Source of the DNA: an uncultured Rhodovibrio sp.
GTDB taxonomy: Bacteria; Pseudomonadota; Alphaproteobacteria; Kiloniellales; Rhodovibrionaceae
Direction of reading: 5' to 3'
DNA length: 46,669 bases
Assembly: GCA_964422775.1 (NCBI GenBank)
Contig: CAYRCO010000002.1
Span: forward strand, 1-46,669
Shown here: in pieces, positions 1-9,036 of the stretch
How positions within the stretch are numbered: position 1 is the stretch's first letter
Layout of the letters: each line of letters opens with the position of its first letter
Program-made: the position numbers and the translations under genes
The notes under the pieces: model-generated
Told to the model about the DNA's origin: nothing
Databases searched by the model: none
What the model saw: the letters and a program-made list of their open reading frames with translations, nothing else

Positions 1-31
1 ACGTGATTCCACGTTTCAGCATCTTGCCCTA
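1..31 (+). repeat. Truncated right arm of CIR-like palindromic intergenic repeat
   Basis: ACGTGATTCCACGTTTCAGCATCTTGCCCT matches 45358-45387 with one mismatch; GATTC at the hairpin apex. Confidence 0.85.
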
Positions 32-174
32 AAGAGTGGTTCCGGAAGGCTTTTCGCCAGCCGGCCGGGGGTTGGAGCGGAAATACGGCGAATCCAGAGG
101 GTTGAAACCCGCGCGCCCGGCGGACATGCTGACCCGACGCTGACGGGCGCGCACCCGCCGTGCGGCCCGCCGAT

Positions 175-290
175 CTCCAAGACATCCGCACGACGCCGGC
201 GCCTTCGAGCAAGAATGCTGCTCGTATTTCGTGAAACGAGGGCAGGACGTACCTGAAACGTGAAGCCACGTCTCGGCCTCTTGCCCCCGG
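175..290 (+). repeat. Degenerate CIR-like repeat copy
   Basis: AGGGCAGGACGTACCTGAAACGTGAAGCCACGTCTCGGCCTCTTGCCCC aligns to the right arm of the 45273 copy; left arm eroded; apical GANTC lost (GAAGC). Confidence 0.7.
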
Positions 291-357
291 CTGCCGCCGT
301 CCGCGTGCCCCCGGGGTTGTCGATCCGACGGCCCGTCCAGCAGAAGGCGAACGTCCA

Positions 358-1497
358 ATGAGCGATCCCTCAGGTCCGTCCGGCGGTACCCGAAGCGCCG
401 GCGGCGAGACCCGGACGACCCGCGCCATGGCCGGGCTGAAGCGCCGGCTCGGGACCGTCGTCGGGCCGAAGCGCGAGCGCGCCGTGCTCGCCTTAGCGGT
501 TCTGGCGGCGGGCGCGATGGCGGTGACCGTGATCCTGGGCGGCCCGGTGACACGGCACGCCAGTGTGGAATACAGCCCCCAGGTTCTGGAACTGCTGGAC
601 GCTGAAGGGCTGGCGCGCCGGACGGAAAATGCCGACGGTCAGACCTGGGCCGTGGTGCGGCTGCCGGACGGTCCGCAGCCGCTCGCCAACTACTTCGCCA
701 CGATGAACTATACCGTCGACAGCGTGCGCGAGGGCGGCCCGGAAGTGCCGCGCGTGTTCGTCGAGGACCTGCCCGAGGGCCTCAGCGACTTCGCCCCGGT
801 GGACGCGAAGAAGGAGCTGTTCGTCCGGCTGATGCTGCCGCTGGTGTTGAAGGCGAACGAGCGCGTACTGGCCGAGCGGGAGCGCATCCGCAGCCTGCGC
901 AACCGCCTGGATCGCCTGAACGCAAATGAGCGGACCTGGCTGATGGAGACGGCGGCCAAATACCGTGTCGAGGCCGAAAAGCCGCAACAGATCGACTTCG
1001 TCCAGCTGTTGACCCGCGCCGACGTGGTGCCGCCGTCGCTCGCGATCACACAGTCGATCCTGGAGAGCGGCTGGGGCACCTCGCGCTTCGCCCGACAGGG
1101 CAACGCCCTGTTCGGCCAGCGCACCTGGAGCGCCGACACGCCGGGTATGAATCCGCAGAAGGCCAAGGGCTTCAAGGTGCGCGCGTTCGACAGCCTGCTG
1201 CAGTCGGTCGAGGCGTACGTGCGCAACCTCAACACGACCGGCGCCTACGCCGGCCTGCGCCAGCAGCGCGCGCAGATGCGCGCCCAGGACCGCCGGATCG
1301 ACGGCTATCAACTGGCCGGCACCCTGACCAAGTATTCCGAGGAAGGGGCGCTTTACGTGCGCAAGCTGCGCGGGCTGATGCAGCACAACGGGCTGCGCGC
1401 GTTCGACGGCGCCCGCCTGCGCCGGCAGACGATCGCCCAGCGCGTGATCCCGGATGCCGAGGTGGACGCGATCAAGGTCGCGCTCGCGCGGAACTAG
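358..1497 (+). CDS. Bax-like glucosaminidase-domain (GH73/FlgJ-related) peptidoglycan hydrolase with N-terminal membrane anchor
   Basis: Motifs KKELFVRLMLPLV, LAITQSILESGWGTSRFARQGNALFGQ, YVRNLNT, LTKYSE; hydrophobic segment near residues 42-60; start could be 427. Confidence 0.85.
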   Translation: MSDPSGPSGGTRSAGGETRTTRAMAGLKRRLGTVVGPKRERAVLALAVLAAGAMAVTVILGGPVTRHASVEYSPQVLELLDAEGLARRTENADGQTWAVVRLPDGPQPLANYFATMNYTVDSVREGGPEVPRVFVEDLPEGLSDFAPVDAKKELFVRLMLPLVLKANERVLAERERIRSLRNRLDRLNANERTWLMETAAKYRVEAEKPQQIDFVQLLTRADVVPPSLAITQSILESGWGTSRFARQGNALFGQRTWSADTPGMNPQKAKGFKVRAFDSLLQSVEAYVRNLNTTGAYAGLRQQRAQMRAQDRRIDGYQLAGTLTKYSEEGALYVRKLRGLMQHNGLRAFDGARLRRQTIAQRVIPDAEVDAIKVALARN

Positions 1498-1611
1498 AGC
1501 AGGATCGATGATAGCCTAAGACGGCTTGCATCGTGAGCTTTGCTCTAACTTCCTGAGGCGAGGGCACGATTGATCTGTAAGGTGAGTCCGCCTTCCAGCA
1601 TCTTTCCCCAG
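1494..1611 (+). repeat. CIR-like two-armed palindromic repeat overlapping the TAG stop of the upstream gene
   Basis: CTAGAGC...GCTCTAA-CTTCCTGA-GGCGAGGGCA...GTGAGTCCGC...CAGCATCTTTCCC; same architecture as the 45273 and 46577 copies. Confidence 0.8.
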
Positions 1612-1735
1612 CGGCGGTCCCGTCGGCGCGGCGCGGGCCTGCGTTTCGCCGCCGGCCGCGGGCCGCGGCCGGCAGGGTGCCGGCTCGACTGAACGGACTG
1701 CGCGCCGCCTGCGTATAAGCGGGAAAGATCGTTCC

Positions 1736-3253
1736 ATGACCGAGGGCCAAAGGGCCCGCTTCCCGATGTGGCCGCGTTATCTTCTGCTGATGGCGGGCAC
1801 CGCGCTCGTCGACCTCGGCTTCACGGGCGCGTTCATTCTGGTTTCCGGCAACCTGGACGCCTGGGCGCTCGCGATCTTCTGGAACGTCGGCTTCCTGATC
1901 GTGGTCAACCTCTTCGGCGCCGCCGTGATCGCGCGGCCGGTCGCCCGGGCGCTTGCCACCGGCGACGCCCGCGATCGCGACCGCGCCCGCGACCGGCTGG
2001 ACCGTCTGCCGGCGCTCTCGGTCGGCTGGGTCGGCCTGGTCACGCTCGCCTACTGCACGGCCGTCTTCTTCTCCGGCGTATTCGTGCGCGACGCCGACGC
2101 GTTCCGCGCGCTGGGGGCGGACGAACGCACGCTGGCGACCGTCTGGTTCACGTTCGTCTATCTGTTCTATTTCGGCTTCTACGCGTTCTTCGCCGCCAGC
2201 GACGCCGCGGCGGAGGGGCGCCGGGCGCTCGGTCTGGACGCGCGAGCGGTCCCTGGGACCGCCGGCACGCTCCCGGCCAAGCTGGGTCTGGTCGCGCTTG
2301 CGCTCGCCGTGGTGCCGACGGCGCTGGTGCTGCTCGACGTCTCGCTGCTGGCGAAGGTGCGCGCCGCCCAGGGCCTGGACACCGAAGGCGCGGTCGCGCT
2401 CGATATGATCGGCAGCCTGGTCGCCGCCGGCATCGCCGGGGCGTTCGTGCTGCGCACCCTGCTGCGCCCGGTGGACCAGCTGGTCGCGGGCTTCAAGGCG
2501 GTGCAGGCGGGCGACCTGGAGGTTCGGTTGCCGGCCGTCTCGGACGACGAACTGGGCAGTCTCAGCCGGCCGTTCAACGCCATGGTGGCAGGCCTGCGCG
2601 AGCGCCGGCGAATCGAGGACATGTTCGGCAAGTACGTCACCCAGCCGGTGGCCGAGACGCTGATCGCTAGGGGCAGCGACGGCCGGATCGCCGGCGAGAC
2701 GCGCACCGCGACCATCCTGTTCACCGACATCGCCGGATTTTCCGCGCTCGCCGAGCGGATGACGCCGGAGGCGACGATCCAGCTCTTGAACGAGTACTTC
2801 GAACTGGTCGCCGAGCCGATCACCCAGCACGGCGGCACGATCGTGAACTTCATCGGCGACGGCGTGCACGCCGCCTTCAATCTGCCGGTGGAGCAGGCCG
2901 ACCACGCCGCCCGCGCGCTGCGCGCCGCCTTGGAGATCCAGGCCCGGCTGGCGGCACGGGAGATCGGCGACGGCGTCCGCTTGACCACCCGGATCGGGGT
3001 GCACACCGGGACCGTCGTCGCCGGGTCGGTCGGCTGTCAGGACCGGCTCAGCTACACCGTCTACGGCGACGCGGTGAACGTCGCCGCCCGGCTGGAACGC
3101 CTGAACGTGGAGGCCGGCACCACCGTGCTGGCCAGCCGCGCCACGATCGACGCCGCGGGCGGCGTGATCCCGCACGGCACGCAACTGCGCGTGCTCGATC
3201 CGGTCCAGCTGCACGGCCGGCGCGAGCCGGTGCACCCGGTGGCCGTGCGGTAG
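1736..3253 (+). CDS. Membrane-bound class III adenylate/guanylate cyclase (about 6 TM + HAMP + cyclase domain)
   Basis: HAMP (GDLEVRLPAVSDDELGSLSRPFNAMV); ILFTDIAGFS, NFIGDG, RIGVHTG, GDAVNVAARLE. Confidence 0.92.
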   Translation: MTEGQRARFPMWPRYLLLMAGTALVDLGFTGAFILVSGNLDAWALAIFWNVGFLIVVNLFGAAVIARPVARALATGDARDRDRARDRLDRLPALSVGWVGLVTLAYCTAVFFSGVFVRDADAFRALGADERTLATVWFTFVYLFYFGFYAFFAASDAAAEGRRALGLDARAVPGTAGTLPAKLGLVALALAVVPTALVLLDVSLLAKVRAAQGLDTEGAVALDMIGSLVAAGIAGAFVLRTLLRPVDQLVAGFKAVQAGDLEVRLPAVSDDELGSLSRPFNAMVAGLRERRRIEDMFGKYVTQPVAETLIARGSDGRIAGETRTATILFTDIAGFSALAERMTPEATIQLLNEYFELVAEPITQHGGTIVNFIGDGVHAAFNLPVEQADHAARALRAALEIQARLAAREIGDGVRLTTRIGVHTGTVVAGSVGCQDRLSYTVYGDAVNVAARLERLNVEAGTTVLASRATIDAAGGVIPHGTQLRVLDPVQLHGRREPVHPVAVR

Positions 3254-3369
3254 GAGCGCGCGCGTTCTCGGCGGCGACGGTCCGGCACACGGGCGCTCGC
3301 GGGCGGGGCGCACGTCTCGCGACGTCCGCACGCCCGCGCGCGGTTCACAACACTCCGAGCCCAATACAG

Positions 3370-3406
3370 AAAAAGGCCGCACCGGGCGCACCGGTACGGC
3401 CTTTTC
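3370..3406. terminator. Bidirectional intrinsic terminator between convergent genes
   Basis: AAAAAGGCCGCACCGG-GCGCA-CCGGTACGGCCTTTTC hairpin with A and T tracts on either side. Confidence 0.8.
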
Positions 3407-3456
3407 ATCGGAGTCCACCCGAGCGGGCGGACGGATCCCGCGATGCGGGTCGATGC

Positions 3457-3735
3457 TTACTTCTGCATCGACTTCTGCATCATCCGCTGGCTCTTCTCGT
3501 TCGCGGACTCAGCGGCGCGCTGGGCCTGCTCGGCGTTCTGCTGAGCCTGCTCGGCCGCCTCGCGGGCGGCGCGGGCCTCTTCCAGCGCCTGCTGCGCGGT
3601 CGACTGCGCGTTCTGCGCGGTCTGGGTGTTGCTCTCGACCTGGGACTGCATGTCCTCGTTGGTCTGGGCGCAGCCGGCCACGAGCAGTGCCGGGACGGCC
3701 ACGATGCCGAGCGTCTTGGCGATACGGAATGTCAT
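3457..3735 (-). CDS. Lpp/OprI-family alanine-zipper lipoprotein (92 aa)
   Basis: SD AAGGGGG before ATG 3735; lipobox LVAGC; Ala/Gln-rich coiled coil; C-terminus ANEKSQRMMQKSMQK resembles the OprI end and finishes in Lys. Confidence 0.8.
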   Translation of the reverse strand: MTFRIAKTLGIVAVPALLVAGCAQTNEDMQSQVESNTQTAQNAQSTAQQALEEARAAREAAEQAQQNAEQAQRAAESANEKSQRMMQKSMQK

Positions 3736-3960
3736 GATTGTAACCCCCTTCTGTTCAAGGCAGATGTTTGCAGCTGACGGTGCGATATCTAAGCCGCCGC
3801 GCGCGGCCCCGTCCAGGAATACCCGCGCGGCAGTTAAGCACAGTCGCGACGCCAGCATAGAAAGCTGACGGGATAAAGACCAGCGGGTATGCGTCGCGCG
3901 ATTGACACAACGCCGTGGCCCACGCGCGACCGTCGCCGACGGCCCGGCCGGTGGCGGAGC

Positions 3961-4518
3961 TCACTCGTCGCCCAGGTTGGCCCGGTTGAAGCGCAGCTGC
4001 TCCGGGCTCAGCACCAGCCCGACGTAGATCGTGTAGGCGTCCGTCGCCGCACCCTGCGCGAGCGGGATGGTCGGCGACAGATACTGCGCGGTGGCGACCC
4101 GCGTCTGGTTGCCGGGCAGCTCGATCTCAAGCTCGAAGGTCCGGCGGCTCAGGACCTCGCCGTCCGGGCCGACGACGGCGACGTAGTAGCGCCCGGTCGC
4201 CAAGCCCTCCCGGTTGGCGGGCCCCTTCTCGGCGGTGAAGCGCACGCCCAGTTCGGCCTCCAGCGTGCGTTCGTCGTCATCCCGCTCCAGCCCGCAGGTC
4301 ACGGCGACGTCGGTGACCTGCAGGTCGTAGCGCACGTCGGTGAGGTCGCGCCCGCCGCCCTGAAAGGCGACCAGCTGCGCGCTCTCAGCGGGGATCTCCG
4401 CGGGCGGGCAGACCAGGCGGGCGGGCTCGTCGCTGGCGCAGCCGGCGAGCACGAGCAGGGCGCTCAGGCCCGCGAAGGCCGGCGCGGCCAGGGGTCGGCG
4501 GGGAATGAAGCGCGGCAC
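3961..4518 (-). CDS. Hypothetical lipoprotein
   Basis: Lipobox VLAGC, CP motif, beta-rich acidic body, codon usage typical of the window. Confidence 0.75.
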   Translation of the reverse strand: MPRFIPRRPLAAPAFAGLSALLVLAGCASDEPARLVCPPAEIPAESAQLVAFQGGGRDLTDVRYDLQVTDVAVTCGLERDDDERTLEAELGVRFTAEKGPANREGLATGRYYVAVVGPDGEVLSRRTFELEIELPGNQTRVATAQYLSPTIPLAQGAATDAYTIYVGLVLSPEQLRFNRANLGDE

Positions 4519-4605
4519 GCGCGGTCGACCTCTCGTGACAGGCGGGAAGGCTGGAAAGCGCGCCGGACCGGCGCGCTTGCGCGGGCAACCGGATTGCGCG
4601 GGCGG

Positions 4606-4845
4606 TTAAAGCTTCGAGTGGCTGCCGTCGCAGAACGGCTCGTCGCCGGTCTGCTTGCAGCCGCAAAGCGCGGCGGTGCGGCTCTCCTCGGCCTTGAACA
4701 CCTTGGGCGCCAGGCCAGTTCCGGAATGCGACCCGTCGCAGAAGGGCTGGTTCGCCGACCGGCCGCAGGCACACCAGGCGTAGGTCTTGCCGGCTTCAAG
4801 CTGGACGGAAAAGGGCGCCTTCTGGGCAGCGATGCGGTCGGCCAT
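4606..4845 (-). CDS. CDGSH iron-sulfur protein with two CDGSH motifs (MiNT/CISD3-like)
   Basis: WCACGRSANQPFCDGSH and LCGCKQTGDEPFCDGSH; SD GAAGGA. Confidence 0.93.
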   Translation of the reverse strand: MADRIAAQKAPFSVQLEAGKTYAWCACGRSANQPFCDGSHSGTGLAPKVFKAEESRTAALCGCKQTGDEPFCDGSHSKL

Positions 4846-5032
4846 GCGGGGTTCCTTCCGGCGGCGGTGTTGGGTTACTGTCCACGCGGTAGGCGATCGC
4901 GCGTTGGACGCGGCGCGACTTTAGGAAAGGGACTGGGCGCGCACAAGGCTCGCGACGGCCCGCCCGCAATCGCCGCGGTCGATCGACCGCACGCTGTTCG
5001 ATCCGCGGCAAACGAGGATACGCAGCCACGCC

Positions 5033-6007
5033 ATGAGCAAACCGCCGCTGACCATCTACCTCGCCGGCCCGCGCGGCTTCTGCGCCGGCGTCGAGCGCGC
5101 CATCGACATCGTCGAGCGGGCGCTGCAGAAGTACGGCGCGCCGGTCTACGTCCGCCACGAGATCGTCCACAACCGCTACGTGGTGGAACAGCTGGAGAAG
5201 AAGGGCGCGATCTTCGTCGACGAGCTGGACGAGGTGCCGGTCGACAAGCCGGTGGTGTTCTCCGCCCACGGCGTGCCCAAGGCGGTGCCGCAGGAGGCCG
5301 AGCGGCGGAAGATGTTCTACCTCGACGCCACCTGCCCGCTGGTCTCCAAGGTCCACCGCGAGGCCGAGCGCCAGCACAACAAGGGCCGGGTGGTGATCCT
5401 GATCGGCCACGCCGGCCATCCGGAGGTCGAGGGCACGATGGGCCAGCTGCCCGACGGCGCGATCAAGCTGGTACAGGACACCGCCGAGGCCGAGCGGCTG
5501 GAGGTCGAGGACCCGGACAACCTGTCGTTCGTCACTCAGACCACGCTCTCGGTCGACGACACGGCCGACATCGTGCAGGTGCTGCAGCGCCGCTTCCCGA
5601 ACATCTCGACGCCCAAGCAGGAAGACATCTGCTACGCCACCACCAACCGGCAGGAGGCGGTCAAGACGATCGCCGGCTCCGCCGAGGCGCTCTTGGTCGT
5701 GGGCGCGCCCAACTCCTCGAACTCGCAGCGTCTGGTCGAGGTCGGCGAGCGGCGCGGCTGCAAGCCGTCGTTCATGGTTCAGCGGGCGCGCGACATCGAC
5801 TGGTCGAAGCTGGACGGGGTCCACAGCCTGGCTATCACCGCCGGCGCCAGCGCGCCCGAGATCCTGGTCGACGAGGTGATCGCCGCCTGCCGCGAGCGCT
5901 TCGAGGTGACGGTGGAAGAGGTGCGCGTCACCGACGAGAACATCCAGTTCAAGCTGCCGCGCGCGCTCACCGACACCGAACCGGTCGAGGCGTCCCAGGC
6001 GCGCTAG
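5033..6007 (+). CDS. ispH: 4-hydroxy-3-methylbut-2-enyl diphosphate reductase
   Basis: [59 protein letters not shown]. Confidence 0.98.
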   Translation: MSKPPLTIYLAGPRGFCAGVERAIDIVERALQKYGAPVYVRHEIVHNRYVVEQLEKKGAIFVDELDEVPVDKPVVFSAHGVPKAVPQEAERRKMFYLDATCPLVSKVHREAERQHNKGRVVILIGHAGHPEVEGTMGQLPDGAIKLVQDTAEAERLEVEDPDNLSFVTQTTLSVDDTADIVQVLQRRFPNISTPKQEDICYATTNRQEAVKTIAGSAEALLVVGAPNSSNSQRLVEVGERRGCKPSFMVQRARDIDWSKLDGVHSLAITAGASAPEILVDEVIAACRERFEVTVEEVRVTDENIQFKLPRALTDTEPVEASQAR

Positions 6008-6124
6008 GCGGCGTCTGCCGGCTCCGGCGTCCCGCAGGTTGCCCCGACGGGCGCGCGCATGCGCCCGGGCTCACGCCAACGATTCCCATACCCTTCCGTA
6101 CCCTACCCTCCCGACCGGGCACGC

Positions 6125-7087
6125 ATGGCCGTCTACACCGAAGTCACCGACGACGACGTCGCGGCCTTTCTGCAGCAGTACGACCTCGGTGAGGTGGTCT
6201 CCATGAAGGGGATCGCCGAGGGGGTGGAGAACTCCAACTTCCTGCTCTCCACCACCACCGGCACCTACATCCTCACCCTCTATGAAAAGCGCGTGAAGCG
6301 CGACGACCTGCCGTTCTTCCTGGGGCTGATGGAGCATCTGGCCGAGCGCGGGATCCGCTGCCCGACACCGATCCACGGGCGCGACGGCGCGGCGCTGCGC
6401 GAACTCTGCGGCCGGCCGGCGGCGATCGTCACCTTCCTGCAGGGGATGTGGCCCAAGCGCATCGACGTGAACCACTGCCGCAAGCTGGGCCGGGCGATCG
6501 CGGAGATGCACGAGGCTGGGCGCGACTTCGCGCTGCACCGGCCGAACGACCTCAGCGTCGACGGCTGGCGCCCGCTCCTGGAGGCCTGCGGCGACCGCGC
6601 GGACGAGGTCGAGCCCGGCCTCGCCCGGGAGCTCAACACCGAACTCGACGTGCTGGAGCAGGCCTGGCCGCGCGACCTGCCGGAAGGCGTGATCCACGCC
6701 GACCTGTTCCCGGACAACGTGTTTTTCCACAAGGGCGAGGTGTCGGGCTTCATCGACTTCTACTTCGCCTGCAACGACCAGCTGGCCTACGACCTCGCGG
6801 TCTGCCTGAACGCCTGGTGCTTCGAGCCCAACAACGCGTTCAACGCCACCAAGGCGCGCGCGCTGTTGCAGGCCTACCAGGAGGTGCGCCCGTTCTCTCA
6901 AGCCGAGCTGCAGGCGATCCCCACGCTTGCCCGCGGCGCGGCGATGCGCTTCCTGCTGACCCGTCTGTTCGACTGGCTGAACCACCCCGAAGGCGCCTAC
7001 GTCGCCCCCAAGGACCCGCGGGAATACCTGCGCAAGCTGCGCTTCCACCGCGATGCCCGCGGACCGGGGGCCTACGGGCTGACGTGA
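6125..7087 (+). CDS. thrB: Homoserine kinase type II
   Basis: [48 protein letters not shown]; canonical ispH-thrB-rnhA order. Confidence 0.96.
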   Translation: MAVYTEVTDDDVAAFLQQYDLGEVVSMKGIAEGVENSNFLLSTTTGTYILTLYEKRVKRDDLPFFLGLMEHLAERGIRCPTPIHGRDGAALRELCGRPAAIVTFLQGMWPKRIDVNHCRKLGRAIAEMHEAGRDFALHRPNDLSVDGWRPLLEACGDRADEVEPGLARELNTELDVLEQAWPRDLPEGVIHADLFPDNVFFHKGEVSGFIDFYFACNDQLAYDLAVCLNAWCFEPNNAFNATKARALLQAYQEVRPFSQAELQAIPTLARGAAMRFLLTRLFDWLNHPEGAYVAPKDPREYLRKLRFHRDARGPGAYGLT

Positions 7088-7567
7088 GCGACTGAAAGTC
7101 GCGCGCGCTCTGGCCTGGGTGGCAGAGCGCATCGGCGGGTTCCCTCTCCGGATACCGGGGCATGCTCGGGCAACCCCGGCCCCGGCGGCTGGGGCGCGAT
7201 CCTGCGCTGGCGCGGGCACGAGAAGGAGTTGTCCGGCGGCGAACCTGAGACCACCAACAACCGCATGGAGCTGATGGCCGCGATCCAGGTGCTGGAGGCG
7301 ATCAAGGGGGAGAACCGGCGGGTGAAGATCGTCACCGACAGCAACTACCTGCGCCAGGGCATCACCCAGTGGATCCACGCCTGGCGGCGCAAGGGCTGGA
7401 AGACGGCCGACAACAAGCCGGTTAAGAACAAGGACCTGTGGCAGCGCCTGGAAGCCGCGCTCAAAACCCATCAGGTCGAATGGGCCTGGACCAAAGGCCA
7501 CGCCGGCCATCCGGAAAACGAACGCGCCGACGACCTCGCCCGCCAAGCGCTCAAGCAGCACAAGTGA
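7084..7567 (+). pseudogene. rnhA: Ribonuclease HI with disrupted 5' end (no in-frame ATG/GTG before [11 protein letters not shown]; first catalytic Asp missing)
   Basis: From 7157: [46 protein letters not shown]. It is preceded by ...RVPSPDT instead of [IV][FY]TD. The coupled GTG at 7084 reads V-S-D-stop. Confidence 0.7.
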
Positions 7568-7572
7568 TTGTT

Positions 7573-7795
7573 TTCACCACCAAGACACCAAGACACCAAG
7601 ACACCAAGGAGGGGATTCCACCACGGAGGGCAGAGAGAGCACAGAGATGGCACATACAAAGGAATTCTTGCGCGCGCGGCTCGCGTTTGAGGTTGCTTTA
7701 CCAGCGCGCGAAGTCCGCTTGAATGCTTCTCAGTGCCCTTTGTGACCTCTGTGGTGAAACACCCTCTCTTGGTGTCGTCGGGTCTTGGTGGTGAA
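7573..7795. repeat. Nested long inverted repeat (MITE-like) with tandem CAAGACAC x3
   Basis: Outer arms TTCACCACCAAGACACCAAG.../...CTTGGTGTCGTCGGGTCTTGGTGGTGAA; inner arms CACCACGGAGG...CACAGAGA / TCTCAGTG...CCTCTGTGGTG. Confidence 0.85.
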
Positions 7796-7803
7796 CCTCT
7801 CCC

Positions 7804-8013
7804 TTACCCGCCGCGCCGGCGTAGGTAGAGCAGCCAGCCGAGCGGGCCCAGGATCACGACGATCACCAGCCAGCCGACGCGCGGGCCGAACGGGCAGCGG
7901 CTGCCGGGCGGCGGGGTCCAGGGACCGCTGAGCCGCGAGGCCGCGACGTGCGCCAGCGGCAGCACGAATCCGAACAACAGGATGGCCCAGGCCAGGAGCT
8001 GATCGCCGGTCAT
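7804..8013 (-). CDS. Small two-TM membrane protein (PLDc_N-like C-terminal helix)
   Basis: Two hydrophobic helices, WLVIVVILGPLGWLLYL, basic tail; start 8013 or 8025. Confidence 0.65.
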   Translation of the reverse strand: MTGDQLLAWAILLFGFVLPLAHVAASRLSGPWTPPPGSRCPFGPRVGWLVIVVILGPLGWLLYLRRRGG

Positions 8014-8207
8014 GATGGCCGCCATCCTGGCGCGCTCGGGCGCCCGCGCCAAGCCCCGTCGGCTGGCCCCCTCGTCGACGCGCCGCCCGTCCACGCCCTC
8101 GATTGCCGAGCCGGGCGGCAGCCGCTATCACCGGACGGAAAACCGGTTGCGGGGCGCAGGTGTTGCGCCGCGGAGCCGCCTGCATGCGCGATCAAGGAGA
8201 GACTTCC

Positions 8208-8990
8208 ATGCTGCAAGGCAAGACGGCGCTGGTCACCGGCTCGACCAGCGGGATCGGGCTCGGCATCGCCCGGACGCTGGCCGCGAAGGGCGCCAACGTC
8301 GTGCTCAACGGCTTCGGCGACCCGCAAGAGATCGAACAAATCCGCAAGGAGATGGCGGAGACGAACGGCGTCACCGTGACCTACTCCGACGCCGACATGT
8401 CCAAGCCCGACCAAATCCAGCAGATGGTCGACGACGCGATCCGGCAGTTCGGCAGCGTCGACGTCCTGGTCAACAACGCCGGCATCCAGCATGTCGCGCC
8501 GGTCGACCAGTTCGACCCGCAGAAGTTCGAACAGGTGGTGCAGATCAACCTGAACCACTGCTTCCACACCATCCACGCCGCGCTGCCGAAGATGCGCGAA
8601 CAGGGCTGGGGCCGGATCATCAACATCGCGAGCGCGCACGGCCTGGTGGCGTCGAAAGGCAAGGCCGCCTACGTCGCCGCCAAGCACGGCGTGGTCGGCC
8701 TGACCAAGGTGACCGCGCTCGACACCACCCAGACCGGGATCACCTGCAACGCGATCTGCCCCGGCTGGGTGAAGACCCCGCTGGTCCAGCAGCAGATCGA
8801 GAAGAAGGCCGAGGAGCAGAACTGCACGGTTGAGCAGGCCGAGCACGACCTGCTGGCGGAAAAGCAGCCGGCGCTGGAGTTCGTCACGCCGGAGCAGATC
8901 GGCGCCTACTGCGTTTTCCTGTGTCAGGACGAGGCGCGCACCATCACCGGTGCCGAGCTCAAGATCGACGGCGGCTGGACGGCGCAGTAA
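8208..8990 (+). CDS. bdhA: D-3-hydroxybutyrate dehydrogenase (SDR family)
   Basis: SD AAGGAG; TGSTSGIG, NNAGIQH, IASAHGLVAS, YVAAKHG, ICPGWVKTPLV, EKQP, DGGWTAQ. Confidence 0.93.
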   Translation: MLQGKTALVTGSTSGIGLGIARTLAAKGANVVLNGFGDPQEIEQIRKEMAETNGVTVTYSDADMSKPDQIQQMVDDAIRQFGSVDVLVNNAGIQHVAPVDQFDPQKFEQVVQINLNHCFHTIHAALPKMREQGWGRIINIASAHGLVASKGKAAYVAAKHGVVGLTKVTALDTTQTGITCNAICPGWVKTPLVQQQIEKKAEEQNCTVEQAEHDLLAEKQPALEFVTPEQIGAYCVFLCQDEARTITGAELKIDGGWTAQ

Positions 8991-9036
8991 GGCGACCTTT
9001 AGCCCGAAGGCAGGTTCGGCCCTGGAGCAGGTCGCG

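Noticed and set aside
29-553. 174-aa minus-strand ORF
   Set aside because: It overlaps repeat remnants and the start of the Bax-like gene and has no protein-like features.
7079-7110. Hammerhead ribozyme or SECIS element after the thrB UGA
   Set aside because: The CUGANGA core is imperfect and no GAAA follows the stem; the UGA falls at the normal ThrB C-terminus rather than at a Cys-aligned site.
7575-7610. CRISPR-like repeats (CAAGACAC x3)
   Set aside because: 8-nt tandem units with no spacers and no cas genes; they are part of an inverted repeat arm.
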